A stretch of 64,000 nucleotides of DNA, from assembly GCA_000004985.1 (NCBI GenBank), contig GG738921.1; one strand, written 5' to 3'. The translations under genes and the position numbers were made by a program. A model generated the notes under the pieces. The model was given only the letters and a program-made list of their open reading frames with translations, had not been told where the DNA came from and did no database searches. This document shows, in pieces, positions 1-11,840 of this stretch. The stretch's first letter is position 1; every line of letters starts with the position of its first letter. This stretch comes from Naegleria gruberi (taxonomy: Eukaryota).

Positions 1-19
1 TGGTATAAAATCTCAATCG

Positions 20-1967
20 TTGGTGAATCGGGATTTTTCCTATCTTTTTGATGATCATCATGAGAACAGTGATTTGGAAAGGGAGTGGTCAATCTTTGAA
101 GATCGTAATATACCATCCATTCTGATTCAATTGAATTTTTTAGAAGATGATTTTCCAATCTCTCATGTATTGAGATTCTTTAGACATTTAGTTGGAGAAA
201 AGAATTTTAAACAATGGAGTAGTACAGAAGCCGATATTATCATTAATTGGGGTTCGGAGGGAAGAAGTTCAATGGATTTAATATTTAAGGAACTTGATGC
301 TCTTTCGTCTATTAATTTGAAAGGCATGGAGGCAGAGAATCAGGAACAAACAGTAAGAGAAATGATCTCAAATTGGAGAGAAAACAAGAGGTTTTTCATA
401 AGTGAAAACGATGTTCTAAACCCTTTCCGAGTTTTTAAAAAGATTAAGATCAAAATTCAAGGGTTTCAGGATAAATTTTCAAATCTGTATGAGGAACACC
501 CGAGACCAATTCGTTGTAAAAATTGCATCCATGTAACAAGTTCCCATCCCAAAACATTTTTCAATGAATATGATGTGATTATGTTTAATGGTTCCATCAA
601 ACATGATTATAAAACATGTACAACATTTGACAATCTTCCAAGAGACAAATTTGAAAAATTTGATGAAAAATGCAGGCTTTTCTCTATAGCATGGTAGATC
701 AAGTGNNNNNNNNNNNNNNNNNNNNNNNNNNNNNNNNNNNNNNNNNNNNNNNNNNAGCTCTCCCCATTGAATACAATCTCTCTTCATTCTCAAATCATAA
801 CAACAAGATTAATGAAGCCTTGATGGTCCGAATGAAAATGATTAACAATAACACTCGAGCAGATGATGAAGGCATACCTGAGCTTCTAATCCCTAACATT
901 TACAAAGATTCTTCTGCTGCTTTCAACATCTTTATGGTGTTTGATAAATATACATTCAAAGAGGCCCAAGATGAAGGAATTATTACTGAAGAAGAAATTA
1001 AAAGAGTAACCGAAAATAATCCAGTTATAATTCATGGTGGGAATGATGGTAAACTAATTTGTTCTGGATCTGCCTTTTTGTTACATCCTTGGTTCAATAG
1101 ACCTCAAGAATCTCAAACTCTATACTTCGCAACAGCTAGACACAATCTGTGCAAACAGATATTGAACAACTATGTGATTAAATTATCCACAATGTATGTC
1201 ACTGAGCATGTGCAAACTGATGTGTATCATCAAGACATTGGTTTAAACAATTATGATAAAATTCTTGCCACCCCATTAATTAAGAAGGATGTTGAATCCT
1301 TAATGTGTACATCAGATCCAGATATAACTTTTTTCAAAATCCATCTAGATGGTTTTTCCAATCATAGAATGGCATTTGAATTCTTTAGCAAAGCAAGATA
1401 TTTCATTCCAAAATCTGTAACGCAACTTTCAACAATTAATGATGAAAGCTATAATGTTGGAATAGCTTGTGTATTAGGAAAGTGGAGAGATGTGGATTTT
1501 GAAAGGTAAGTATTCAATTATTTAAGTAGTTATATTTTATGACAAGATTGGAAAACACTAGCCCAAGTATTGAGTGGACTGAATCATTAAGGCAATATCT
1601 GAACTCAACTAATCGACCTGGAGGTGTGGTTTGGTCATTTGGTCAGTCAAAAGGATTCAAAACTATTGGAAACATTGACTATATTTGTTATAATTGTGCC
1701 TCTGCACCTGGATGTAGTGGCGGAGCTTGTATTTTAATGAATCCAATCAGTAATCCTTATCCGTCCAAAGAACAATGTATCTCATTCATTGGTGTTCACA
1801 GAGGGTTTAGTCCACAACATGACTGTAACATTGCAACTCCATTCTCCATAGCGAAAGATCAATACAAGACACTCATCTATGCCAATATTAAGAATGATTT
1901 GCCAAGAAAGGGAAGAAGACAAATAGAAGAGTTTTTGGGTGAAAAAGGATCTTGTACTGTATTGTAA
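20..1967 (+). CDS. Trypsin-fold serine peptidase. The protease domain lies at about 760-1967 and has one intron at 1506-1546 (GTAAGT..AG). Because of the N-gap at 716-755 it is unclear whether the upstream ORF 20-697 belongs to the same gene.
   Basis: Catalytic-triad-like motifs are in the right order: TARHNL (His), QDIGL (Asp) and GCSGGAC (Ser; GxSGG). The donor GAAAG|gtaagt and acceptor gacaag|ATTGG keep the frame into ORF 1539-1967. Confidence 0.5.
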
Positions 1968-2263
1968 ATAACCAATCTGTCCATATTTTGAGAGCATCCC
2001 TAAATTCTCGTCCTGTACAATAATTTCAATTTATTCAAAGTTAGCATTTCCATTAACAAATCCTCTAACATTGAATGTTGTTTTATTTTTCAATTATTAT
2101 TTAGATCCCAAACTATCAGTTTCAACAAGACAAATTAAAATACACATGATAACAGACGATTTCTTGTTTTGATAGAACTTTTTGGAGTTTTATAATTTTT
2201 TAATCTATTTTTTATTATTAAAAATTTAATTTTTGATAAACTGGGTGAAATAATCAAGAAAAC

Positions 2264-5200
2264 TTAGATTTCTTGACAATAATTACCAGGGAAGAGTCCC
2301 CTCTTTCCTTGTTTTTCACCTTCCCACCAACCAGATGGATCTTTATCTAACAAGGTAATAATTTCTCCTTCACGAAGAGTCAACTCGTCGTCAGCTGAAG
2401 CTTGATAATTGTACAATACCTTAACCTTTGGCTTTTCATCCTTCTTTGGTGGAGGTGGTAACTTCTTCTTATATGCACCACCGCCTTGTTCTTGTTGTTG
2501 AGCTAGGTAGGTTGATTCTTGAATTGGTGCAGTTTCCAATAATGACATTCTGTGACCAATTTGTTTTGGTTGATTGTTGGCTTGATAGGCTTGCATCTTA
2601 ACTTCGACCTTCTTTGGTTGGGAACTTGCTGGTAAACCATCAGCAATACCAATCTTGTAGCCAGAACCAGAACCAGAAACGTTGGCTAACTTGCTCTTTG
2701 GATCCAATACAAATTCTGCCTTCTTAACAGTCTTCTTCTTCTTATTCTCAGTGAAGGACAACATATTTTCAAAGGTACGAGGAATATCACGATTCATCTT
2801 GGCTCTGTATTGATCGTTCAAAATGGCCAAAAATTCAGTCTTGTTTTCACATTCCAAGAATAAGTCATCAATGTTTGGATCATTGATTTGAATGGCAAGC
2901 CAATTGTCAGACAATTGAGACATGGAAACACATTGAATTTGATTCATGGAAATTCTACACAACATGTCCATAATGAATTGCTTCTTGACCTTTTCACGAT
3001 GGATAAAGTACAAGGCCTCATTGGTCAATAGACCCCAAATCTTGTCGAAAGTGACACCCTTCAAGAGTTTCTTCTTTGGTCTCATGAAAATATCACCAAA
3101 GACAACACCACCATCATCTTTACGACCTTGCTTTTTCATCACTTCTTGCAATTGAGCATTATCCATATAATTGGCATGGTCACCCAAAAAGTTTCTATTG
3201 AGTGACAATCTACGACGTTGCTTTCTTCCTTCCAACAAGTCAGCACTGGTATTTCTCAACTTGATAAAGTAACGTTTCAACTTGTAGTTACGCCACAATC
3301 TTTGCATTTGAGTAGCATTGTCGTGGAATAAACGTTCCTTACTTTCTTCCAAACCAAAGAGAGTATCTGGCTTTCTCAAAAAGATTTTAGTTTTACCCAT
3401 TTGATATTCACCTTGATCAATGCCCATATCCTTCAAAATGGTTTCACAACCAGTACGTGGATCACCCTTCCATTGTGGCCATGTCTTTTTAGAGAGGACA
3501 GAGAAGGAGTTCAAGAACTTTTGGAATGGAGCACGGAATGCAAAACCAGCTCTTCTCACACGAATATTTTCCAACAAACCCAAATATTTGACTTGATGGA
3601 GTACACGTTTGGTATCAAAGTCACGAGGTTGCTTGGTTTCGTTTGGTTTAATACAACGAATATAGTGAGGTTCACACTTTTTCAATGTTGCAACCAATTC
3701 CACAGCAGAATTCTTAATCTTAAAACCAGCACTTTCAGGTCTCTTCTTATCATTTTCATTGACATTTTCAGGGAAGAACTTTCTAATGAAAGAATTGGTT
3801 GTAGATTGCATACATTGAATCAAGGTCTTGTAGAGAACGTCCTTATTCTTATCAGTGAAACCATCAATGTTATAATCGACAGTACCAGCATAGTGCTTAA
3901 CTGAAAATTCATTGGTACGACCAACAAAGTGAGGATTATTGACAACTTCACGCAAACGTGTCAAGAATTTTTCATCAGCAGCTCTAGCTTCCATAGAGTG
4001 AGTAGTGTTACAAGTGTCATCGAGAATGGAAAAGATACCAGGTGGATTCTTTTCTTCAATCAAATCACAGACAATCTTATTGTTAAAGTATTGAATTGGT
4101 TCCCATTTGATACCTTCTTGAGTATATTCTTCCTGTTCTGCTTTAAGTGTCAAGTCAATAAAGATTTGTTGCAATTTTTCATTGACATAATTGATACAGA
4201 ATTGTTCAAAACCATTCTTGTCAAAGATTTCAAAACCATAAATGTCCAAAACAGCTAAAATCAAAGTATTCTTCTTTGTATCCATGGCATCATTGATACG
4301 TTTAACCAACCAATCGAACAATCTAGCATATAATACCTTAGCCAAGGCATCACGAATGTTGGCAGCTTGAGCAGGTGATTGAGAAACTGTAATTTCTTCA
4401 TTACCTGATTTGATAATTCTATTCAACAAGGCAAATTGCAACTTATCAGAAGCAACATTGAGTAAATAGGCAGCATAATCCAAAGTACCTGAATCTTCAA
4501 CAACAGATCCTTTACCAGCTTCTCTAAATGTAATGTTACCAAGCCACAAGATACCTGCAACCATTCTCATGATATTTGATTGTTCTTCCTTTGTAATACC
4601 AATAACGTCCATGGCCTTTCTAGTCAATTGATATTCTTCAGCATCATCAATACCATCAACATTGTAACAACCAGATTGTGATAAGTAGTAGAAATCGTGA
4701 GCATTGGTTGTGGCAAATTCTTCCTTTTCTTCCTTAGAAGCACCTGCACACAATTGATAGAAAATGTGGAAGTTACGTTCACCAGCTTGTTGATAGACAA
4801 CTCTGGATTTTTCCAAGAGATAGTTGGTAATTTTACCACCTATTGGATCACCTCTATCATCAAACTGTTTAATAGTTGAGTAGTAGTAGTAGTTGTGGTA
4901 GTAGTAGTTACAGTTTACAATGAAATTTTTGTAACAAGTACATATTGAAATAAATTACAAAAAAATGTTAAACATTATATTAACAAATCAGCAAGTAGTA
5001 CAACATACCTGAATTTCAAAGAATTTACCGAAACGAGATGAATTGTTGTTACGAACAGTTTTGGCATTACCAAAAGCTTCTAACAATGGATTGGACTCGA
5101 GGATAATTCTCTTCACACGATCAACACCAACACCATCACCAGAAACAGCAGCAATATATTGCATAATTAACTTGGAAGCTTCAGTCTATTATAACAATTT

Positions 5201-5709
5201 ATCACATAATAAAAAGTATTAGTATTGGTAGTATTAGTAGTGGTATTAGAAAAGGAAAATGGCAAATATATAGAGTGTCATGAAAAAAACAATGTAGAAT
5301 GCAACAACAACAATAATAAAACATTTCAAGTAACATAAGATAAGCATAAACATAAAAATAACTCATAACATACCTTACCAGCACCAGATTCACCTGAAAT
5401 GATAACACACTGTGAATCACCATTATTCTTCATGTTTTTGTAAGCAGTTTCAGCAAGAGCATAAACGTGTGGAGGTTCTTCATATGGATACTTTCCATTG
5501 TATTGATCAATGAAATTTTGATCAAAAATAGGAATTTGTTTGAAAGGATTGACAGAAATCAAGACATTTCCAATGTAGGTATAAATCACATCCGAACCAT
5601 GTCTCTTTTTAAGATTTTCCATAACTTCATTCTCTGATAATTTTGGTAAGAGGACCATGTCATCAATACCAGCTTGTTTTTGTTTGGCTTTCTTTGCGTT
5701 AAATGCCAT
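2264..5709 (-). CDS. Long-tailed class I myosin heavy chain (motor, IQ, basic TH1, short G/P TH2, C-terminal SH3). It has three exons: complement(join(2264..4864,5009..5185,5374..5709)).
   Basis: P-loop GESGAGKT is split by intron 1 at AAG|gtatgt. Exon 2 encodes [16 protein letters not shown]...[11 protein letters not shown]. Exon 3 starts [22 protein letters not shown] and carries LDIYGFE. The C-terminal SH3 reads [20 protein letters not shown]...GWWEG. All splice junctions keep the frame. Confidence 0.9.
4881..4913. repeat. (TAG/TAC)n-like microsatellite inside myosin intron 2.
   Basis: The sequence reads tagtagtagtagttgtggtagtagtagtta. Confidence 0.6.
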
Positions 5710-6426
5710 TTTTTACAATTTAAATATTTAATATAATATAATAGTGGAGAGGAAAGTAGAGTGATGATTGTTTTTTCACAAAAATCGGCTAGGGTTTGTT
5801 TAACTCGCTCTGCTGTATTCAACTCTCTCGAGAATTTTTTTTTTGATGGGTTTAACAATTTGACGTTCTCACTTTGAAAGTTGACGTGATTCTCGTACAG
5901 TTTGAATCGCAGTGATGATCTATCACTCGTTTGTGGTAAGACAATTTGCAAACATTTGAAAAAATAGACATTTTATTGATAATTTCTAAAGTTGTTAATA
6001 TAGATTACAATACATGTTAAATATTTTCAATATCTGGTTTTTGTTTAATTGAGAAAACTTGTTAGATTTAATGTTTTTAATAACAATTTCAATTAAAAAC
6101 GGCATTATAATAATGAAAAGTGAGATTCAAGTAAAAAATATTGATTTGTGATTGGTGTGACAGGTTTGACGATCTTGCTCTTTCCTTTTGCAATGAAAAA
6201 TTGCTCTTGATTACAATATTACATTCAGTGTTATTATTCATCATATTAAGAGTATCTCTATTTTAACAAGAATCAGTTAATGATTTTCCTTAATTTCTTT
6301 GTTGTTAACCATCTCATTTGATAAGTTGAGGGAATGTACTCATTGCATAAGTAAAATGAAAGAATTGAGATCCAATGTATGCATCAATCATGATGGATGA
6401 GGGATCAATACTATTGAAAGCACATC

Positions 6427-7529
6427 CTATTGAAAAATAATACTTTCAGAAAGGAAGGGCATTTCTTCAACACTCTTCTTCAGTGAAAACTCTTCATCCT
6501 TTCCTCCATATGTGAATACTCCAATAAAATTATTGTTATAACCAATCACTCGAATTGTTTCCCACATTTTAACAAGTTGATGTTCAATAAAAAGGTCAAA
6601 TTCAAACATTTGTTCAATTTGCTTATTTCTGCAATGAGGAGATGGAAGGATATTTTCTCTAATTGCCATCAATTCAACATTTGTATATTTCTTCTTTAGA
6701 GATGTAATAGTTTCACCTTTAATCTTCTTTGACAATAATCCAAAATCAATTTTTTCTTTAAATTCTTTCAAAACAGTTTCAAAAGACACCCCATTCGATG
6801 AATTGACGAATGAGGCCATATAACTATGCGATGAATCATTTGAACTTGTCATTGAAAATTCCTTAGGAAGACAATATTCACACTTTTTAAAAGGTTTAAA
6901 GATTTTAAAGTCTTCCTCATGAATTCCTTGAGTTTCATCTTTACCAATAATGATTTTTACAAACAAGATACCAGCAGCCTTTTTTCCATCTCTTAGAGGT
7001 AACATTTCTTCGTATTCCTTACCATACTCCAATTCTTCCGATTTAAGAGTCCAAGATGTACTTCCCAGAAAATCCTTAATACAACAATTGATATAGTAAA
7101 TAAGTAATAATAATAATATTATTAAATTTGATTCAATTAATACAAACAAATTATGAACTTACATCTTTTGAGAATCGATCGTAATCATAAACTTCAAAAA
7201 TCACTTCAATTCCCTTGTGCTGCCTATCTAAACAATCAAGGGAATGGAACGTCTTACTTTCATTCCATGAGGGATTTAGATTTTCCATCACTACGGAAGT
7301 TCTTTGCTCCCAAACCTTGTCTGAATTATTTGGAGGCAATCTTTCCTCTCCGACTGATCGTAATTTAATCACCACATACTATTTTAAATCAATTCATGTA
7401 TTAATTATTAATTGAAAATTAAAAGCAATAATACATTACAGGGTCCGAAAGATTATTCAGATCTGATGCTTTGAGTCCAGTGGCTTTATATGGAGAAATG
7501 ATGAGAGTATCAATTGATGAGAAGGGCAT
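6427..7529 (-). CDS. C2-domain protein, paralog A: complement(join(6427..7074,7163..7378,7440..7529)), 317 aa.
   Basis: Exon 0 encodes MPFSSIDTLIISPYKATGLKASDLNNLSDP and splits DP|YV. Exon 1 encodes YVVIKLRSVGEE...LNPSWNE...FEVYDYDRFSKD, a C2 fold signature. Introns are gtaatgt..aaaatag and gtaagt..attaag, and the exon lengths sum to a multiple of three. Confidence 0.7.
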
Positions 7530-7659
7530 GATTGTTCTATTTTTTATAATGTTTGTATCAATTAGCGCCAATAAGTTAGAATTCTATTAAAGGAAAAACA
7601 AACAATACAAAAAGAAATCATGATGATTTCGATTGATTTTATTGTTATAGTGTGTAAAT

Positions 7660-8809
7660 CTAGAGAAAGAGGGTATTTTCTGAAACTCTGGCAACTTCAG
7701 CTTCACCCATTCTCAAAATACTATGAAGTGCATCTTGTGGTTCAATATAAATGTATAGTCCTAGTTTTCCATTTGAATGAGAAACAATACGGAAAGTTCC
7801 CCACATCCTTATTCCTCCCTTCTTTTCAAGTAAGAGAATGTACTCCATAATATTGGTAATTAATTTGTTTCTACAATGAGGATCTGGGTTAACATGTTCA
7901 TTCTTACTCTTAACTTCCACCTTGGAGTATTCCTTTTTCATGTCACTAATCTTTTGGTCACTCACTTGCTTGGCAATATCTGCAAACTTGGCATTGCTAT
8001 CGAATGGAATAAACTTGGTCAATAATACTTCAGCTCTCTTCATATCTGCAAAAACTGCATTATGCGCATCGGTTTCTTCACTTGAAGAGATGAGAGAAAA
8101 TTGTCTTGGGGTACAAATTTCAGCAAAACCAGATTGGAATGGGGAAATAAAGTTAAATTCCTTATCAACTCTATCTTGTTCATAACTCCAAATCTTGTAA
8201 CTGATATACAGTGTTCCCGATTTACAATCAGTTAATTCAAGGACCTCTGAATATTCCCTATCATGCTCAAGTTTATCACCATCAAGTAGAATTTCAGCTT
8301 GTCCAATAGGATCCTTTCAAAATGATGGATTGATGAATACATTTGAATTTAACACTTACATCCTTAGACAATAAATCCCAATCATAAACTTCAAACTTTA
8401 ACTTGATTCCCAAGCCAGTGTCAAGATACAATAAACTGTGGAATGTTTTATCCTCATTCCATTCGGGATTTAAGGTCTTTTTTTTGACGCTTGTTTTTTG
8501 TCTCCATTCCTTAGCTGTTTCCTTCATTATATCGTCAAATCTTTCATCATCAATGGCTGATTTTGCTTGTACAATCACATACTATTACAAGTCAATAAAC
8601 CAATACTAATTAACAATCACTTACAGGATCCTTTGGAAAGAGTCAATACATCAATCGAATAATAAATTCACTTACAGAAAATCCATTAAGATCAGCCTAT
8701 TACGATAATTAAGATGAATTGATAGCACCAATAAGAGTCAACCTACAGCCTCAAGATTTTTTGCGTGCTTGATTGTCACGGTTAATGTATCCATAGCTCT
8801 GAAAGGCAT
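7660..8809 (-). CDS. C2-domain protein, paralog B (tandem duplicate of A). Proposed structure is complement(join(7660..8313,8360..8581,8625..8630,8676..8696,8747..8809)), with two extra introns and a 6-nt micro-exon.
   Basis: It encodes MPFRAMDTLTVTIKHAKNLEA|ADLNGFS|DP|YVIVQAKS...KKKTLNPEWNE...FEVYDWDLLSKD|DPIGQAEILLD...PHCRNK...MWGTFRIV. This is collinear with paralog A (PHCRNK, MWETIRV). All junctions are GT..AG and the total length is 966 nt. Confidence 0.55.
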
Positions 8810-9121
8810 CTTTAAATTATGTTTGATAAAAATCTAGTAGCAATTGTTGAATCAGTGAAAATGAACACTTGATTGTTTGTTATTTTTTCTGTATTGCTTT
8901 TTGCTTGCTTAATATTGTTATTTACTTTTCAAATCCCATAGTACCTTATTAAAAGTTGTTAGGGACATGAAATTACCATTTCGGGAACGGTTTTTATATA
9001 ATGCCGAAAACCTAAACACCTTAATAGAGTATAACAATAATTTAAAGGTGGGTACTAGCAAAATATCAACAGATTTTTAATCAAGAGTGACTTCACTAGT
9101 TTATTACAACAAATGTTCAAT

Positions 9122-9866
9122 TTAAGCTGTAGTAGTGGTGTTTGAAGCAACTACTGGAGTAACAACAGTTTCAGTCTTCTTGGCCTTCTTAGATCCCTTC
9201 TTGACCTTCTTAACCTTCTTAGCACCCTTCTTAGCAGTCTTTTTTACCTTCTTAGCACCCTTCTTTGTACCCTTCTTGACCTTCTTGGCACCTTTCTTAG
9301 TGGACTTCTTAACCTTCTTAGCCTTCTTAGATCCCTTCTTGGCACCCTTCTTGACCTTCTTAACCTTCTTAGCAGTCTTCTTTGCCTTCTTAGTACCCTT
9401 CTTGGCAGATCTAACAGTCTTCTTTGCCTTCTTAGCACCCTTCTTGGTGGACTTCTTTGGTGTTTTCTTGACAGATCTTACAGTAGTCTTGGTGGACTTC
9501 TTGGCAACCTTCTTAACACCAGTTTTCTTTGGAGTCTTCTTTACAGATCTAACAGCAGTCTTCTTTGGGGAAGCCTTCTTGGTTGCCCTCTTTGTTGTTC
9601 TCTTGACAGATCTAACGGCCTTTGGCTTCTTTGGAGCAGCAACTCTAGTGGAGTTTCTTTGACTAAGAGTCTTGATAACGGTAGGTGGCTTCTTAGCTCT
9701 TGTGGTTTTAGTGGCTCTAACACCTCTAATTTTAGCCTTAGCCTCAGTCTTCCAATTGATAAGAATAAAAGCAACAATTAAAATTAGTACGTACAGCCAT
9801 AGTCATGCCGGCAACACAGGCCAACAAGGCAATCAAACACAATGTAAGGAAAAGCTTAGCACTCAT
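9122..9866 (-). CDS. Signal-peptide-bearing lysine-rich repeat protein with a histone H1 C-terminal-tail-like sequence: complement(join(9122..9748,9795..9866)), 232 aa.
   Basis: Exon 1 encodes MSAKLFLTLCLIALLACVAGMTMA, followed by a gtacgt donor and a 46-nt intron ending ttggaag. Exon 2 encodes TEAKAKIRGVRATK...KKASPKKTAVRSVKKTPKK...(KKGAKKVKKVKKGSKKAKK)n...TETVVTPVVASNTTTTA*. Exon 2 contains no Met, so exon 1 is needed for a start. The plus-strand ORF 9135-9662 is its antisense mirror. Confidence 0.6.
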
Positions 9867-10517
9867 GATTAATGTTGTTCGGTAATTTTTTTTGATGATG
9901 AAAACATACCTCAATCAAAACCGCTTTTTAAAAACTGAGGGACTGTAATCACATTACAGATGAAGTATGCACAACACACTAATACTGATACTCGCCTAAG
10001 GTTAGTGGATAACAATGGGTGGAAAAACAGGATCAGTGTTTGGTAGGTGAATGAAGTAACTTGAGTTTTGTTTTAACTTACGTTGTAATCTATGGAGAGA
10101 CTGTATGTGTAGAAACAGTTAGTAGTAAAATTGAGCAAATTGGGTAATGGAATGTTGTATCGGCGACAATGTGTTTAATTTTATTGAAATAATTGTGGAA
10201 TGTGGATTGTACATCAAAGAGAAAAGTCTTTGAAAATCATTACTGAACTTTGATAGATTCTTATATTCATAATTTTTTAATATTGACATTCACAAAAGAG
10301 AGATAAACAAAATAAAGATGAAATTCATATCTTTATTTGAAATGTTACTAAATAGTTAGTAGAGAGGTTATTAAACAAGCTTTATCTGTCAGTTTTCCTC
10401 CCAATTAATAGTTGTTTAGAGATATGAACAATTTCTCTCTTGTTAATCGAGGAAAATAAGTTTGCCCATAAAGAGCGGTGAGTTGAGCTTTGTTTATTTT
10501 CAAAAAGAAAAAAAAAC

Positions 10518-11486
10518 ATGTTCAAGATCTCATTCGTCGAGTTTTCAACACCTCAAACAATTAAATCAGCCTTATCTTGTGAGGTCAAGAATAAGAACAA
10601 CAATTCTCCAAAGAAACGAGGACGACCACCAAAGAAGAAACAACAGGAAAGAGATTCAAAAGTTGTCACATCCTCAGAATCAATGAAAGATGCTCAAAAG
10701 AATGATGTAAATCATCCTGCTGTGATCTTGACCGAATGTAAGAAGAGGAAATTGGAGAATGTTTGTGAGCAATACAGAACTCCTCCATTGGTGGTTTCTC
10801 CTCCTTCACTGCATGTTGAGGAGGATTCTAATACTCAAGCAACAACAACAACATTAGCAAGGAATAGAAAAATTATAAGAACCTCAATATCGCTTAAAGA
10901 AATATTGAATTATAATGGACAACAANNNNNNNNNNNNNNNNNNNNNNNNNNNNNNNNNNNNNNNNNNNNNNNNNNAAAGATGTACATTAACAAATTCTCT
11001 ATTGTTGACTTTACTCCTGCTCAGAATATTCAAACAAAAACTACTGATTTACCAAAGAAGAGAGGTAGACCACCTAAGAATTCACCACATGCAAACAAAT
11101 CAATGTTTATTAGGTCAACTGAGACAATGCCAATGAGGTATGAATTGACGAATAGAATGACAGACCAATTCAAGAAGGATAAACGAAGAAGAAGGGAAAA
11201 GAAAGCATGTAATAGTCCAAACACATCTAATTGCTCCACATCTAGTAGTACATCATCTTTGACTATTGTGCAAGAATTGAATAATTGTTTAGTTTCAGAC
11301 ACATTAGTTTCGTCTCTTCCAACAACGCATGCATCCACTCCTCAATCTAATATCACTACCACTAACGACAATACAACAACACATCTAGAATCCAATCTTA
11401 TCACCTCCAACAATAACAACACATCCAATTATAAACCTCCAAGAAAGATAAGATATTCGATATCCATCCAAGAATTATTAAATTGA
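10518..11486 (+). CDS. AT-hook (GRP) protein with two similar modules, one on each side of the assembly gap 10926-10975. These may be one gene or two tandem genes. Module 2 starts at ATG 10979.
   Basis: Module 1 reads MFKISFVEFSTP...SPKKRGRPPKKK...KIIRTSISLKEILN. Module 2 reads MYINKFSIVDFTP...LPKKRGRPPKNSP...KIRYSISIQELLN*. Both carry an AT-hook core RGRP. Confidence 0.55.
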   Translation: MFKISFVEFSTPQTIKSALSCEVKNKNNNSPKKRGRPPKKKQQERDSKVVTSSESMKDAQKNDVNHPAVILTECKKRKLENVCEQYRTPPLVVSPPSLHVEEDSNTQATTTTLARNRKIIRTSISLKEILNYNGQQXXXXXXXXXXXXXXXXXKMYINKFSIVDFTPAQNIQTKTTDLPKKRGRPPKNSPHANKSMFIRSTETMPMRYELTNRMTDQFKKDKRRRREKKACNSPNTSNCSTSSSTSSLTIVQELNNCLVSDTLVSSLPTTHASTPQSNITTTNDNTTTHLESNLITSNNNNTSNYKPPRKIRYSISIQELLN

Positions 11487-11840
11487 AACTATTCCAATAT
11501 TAATACTAATTAGATGTAATATTTCAAAAAGATGCGTTTTGGAAAGGTAGATGCTTTTTTACGCGATTTCCTTTCAGTAGCTATCACACATGTGTTTCGA
11601 ATCGTTTCGAATAATAGTGCAGAGGACAAATAAATCACCTCTTTCATTATCACTCACAATACAAAATACATGCATGTGTCATCTTCTTGTTGGTCCTTTT
11701 ATCAACAGAAAGTACATGAGAATCGAATAGATGAAGAGGTTTAGTTTGTGAAGGATGTGTGAAATAATTTTTTTAATAAATCAAATTCTACTAACTGTGG
11801 ATTCTTTAGCACTACTAGCACAAATTACGGAGACCAATCT

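Noticed and set aside
2946-4258. Plus-strand ORFs 2946-3155, 3401-3904 and 3929-4258 inside the myosin locus
   Set aside because: They are antisense to a well-supported myosin I exon. Their composition is low-complexity and no domain is recognisable.
5202-5423. ORF with a CCCC run, and ORF 5586-5951 upstream
   Set aside because: They lie within myosin intron 1 or its 5' flank on the same strand in other frames. They are AT-rich junk translation.
9135-9662. Plus-strand 175-aa ORF of FLAFLDPFLTFL repeats, and minus-strand Arg-rich ORFs 9244-9438 and 9541-9777
   Set aside because: They are alternative-frame or antisense readings of the (AAG AAG GNN)n lysine-repeat gene. The sense reading has a start, a signal-like leader, a canonical intron and a stop. 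These ORFs have no such context.
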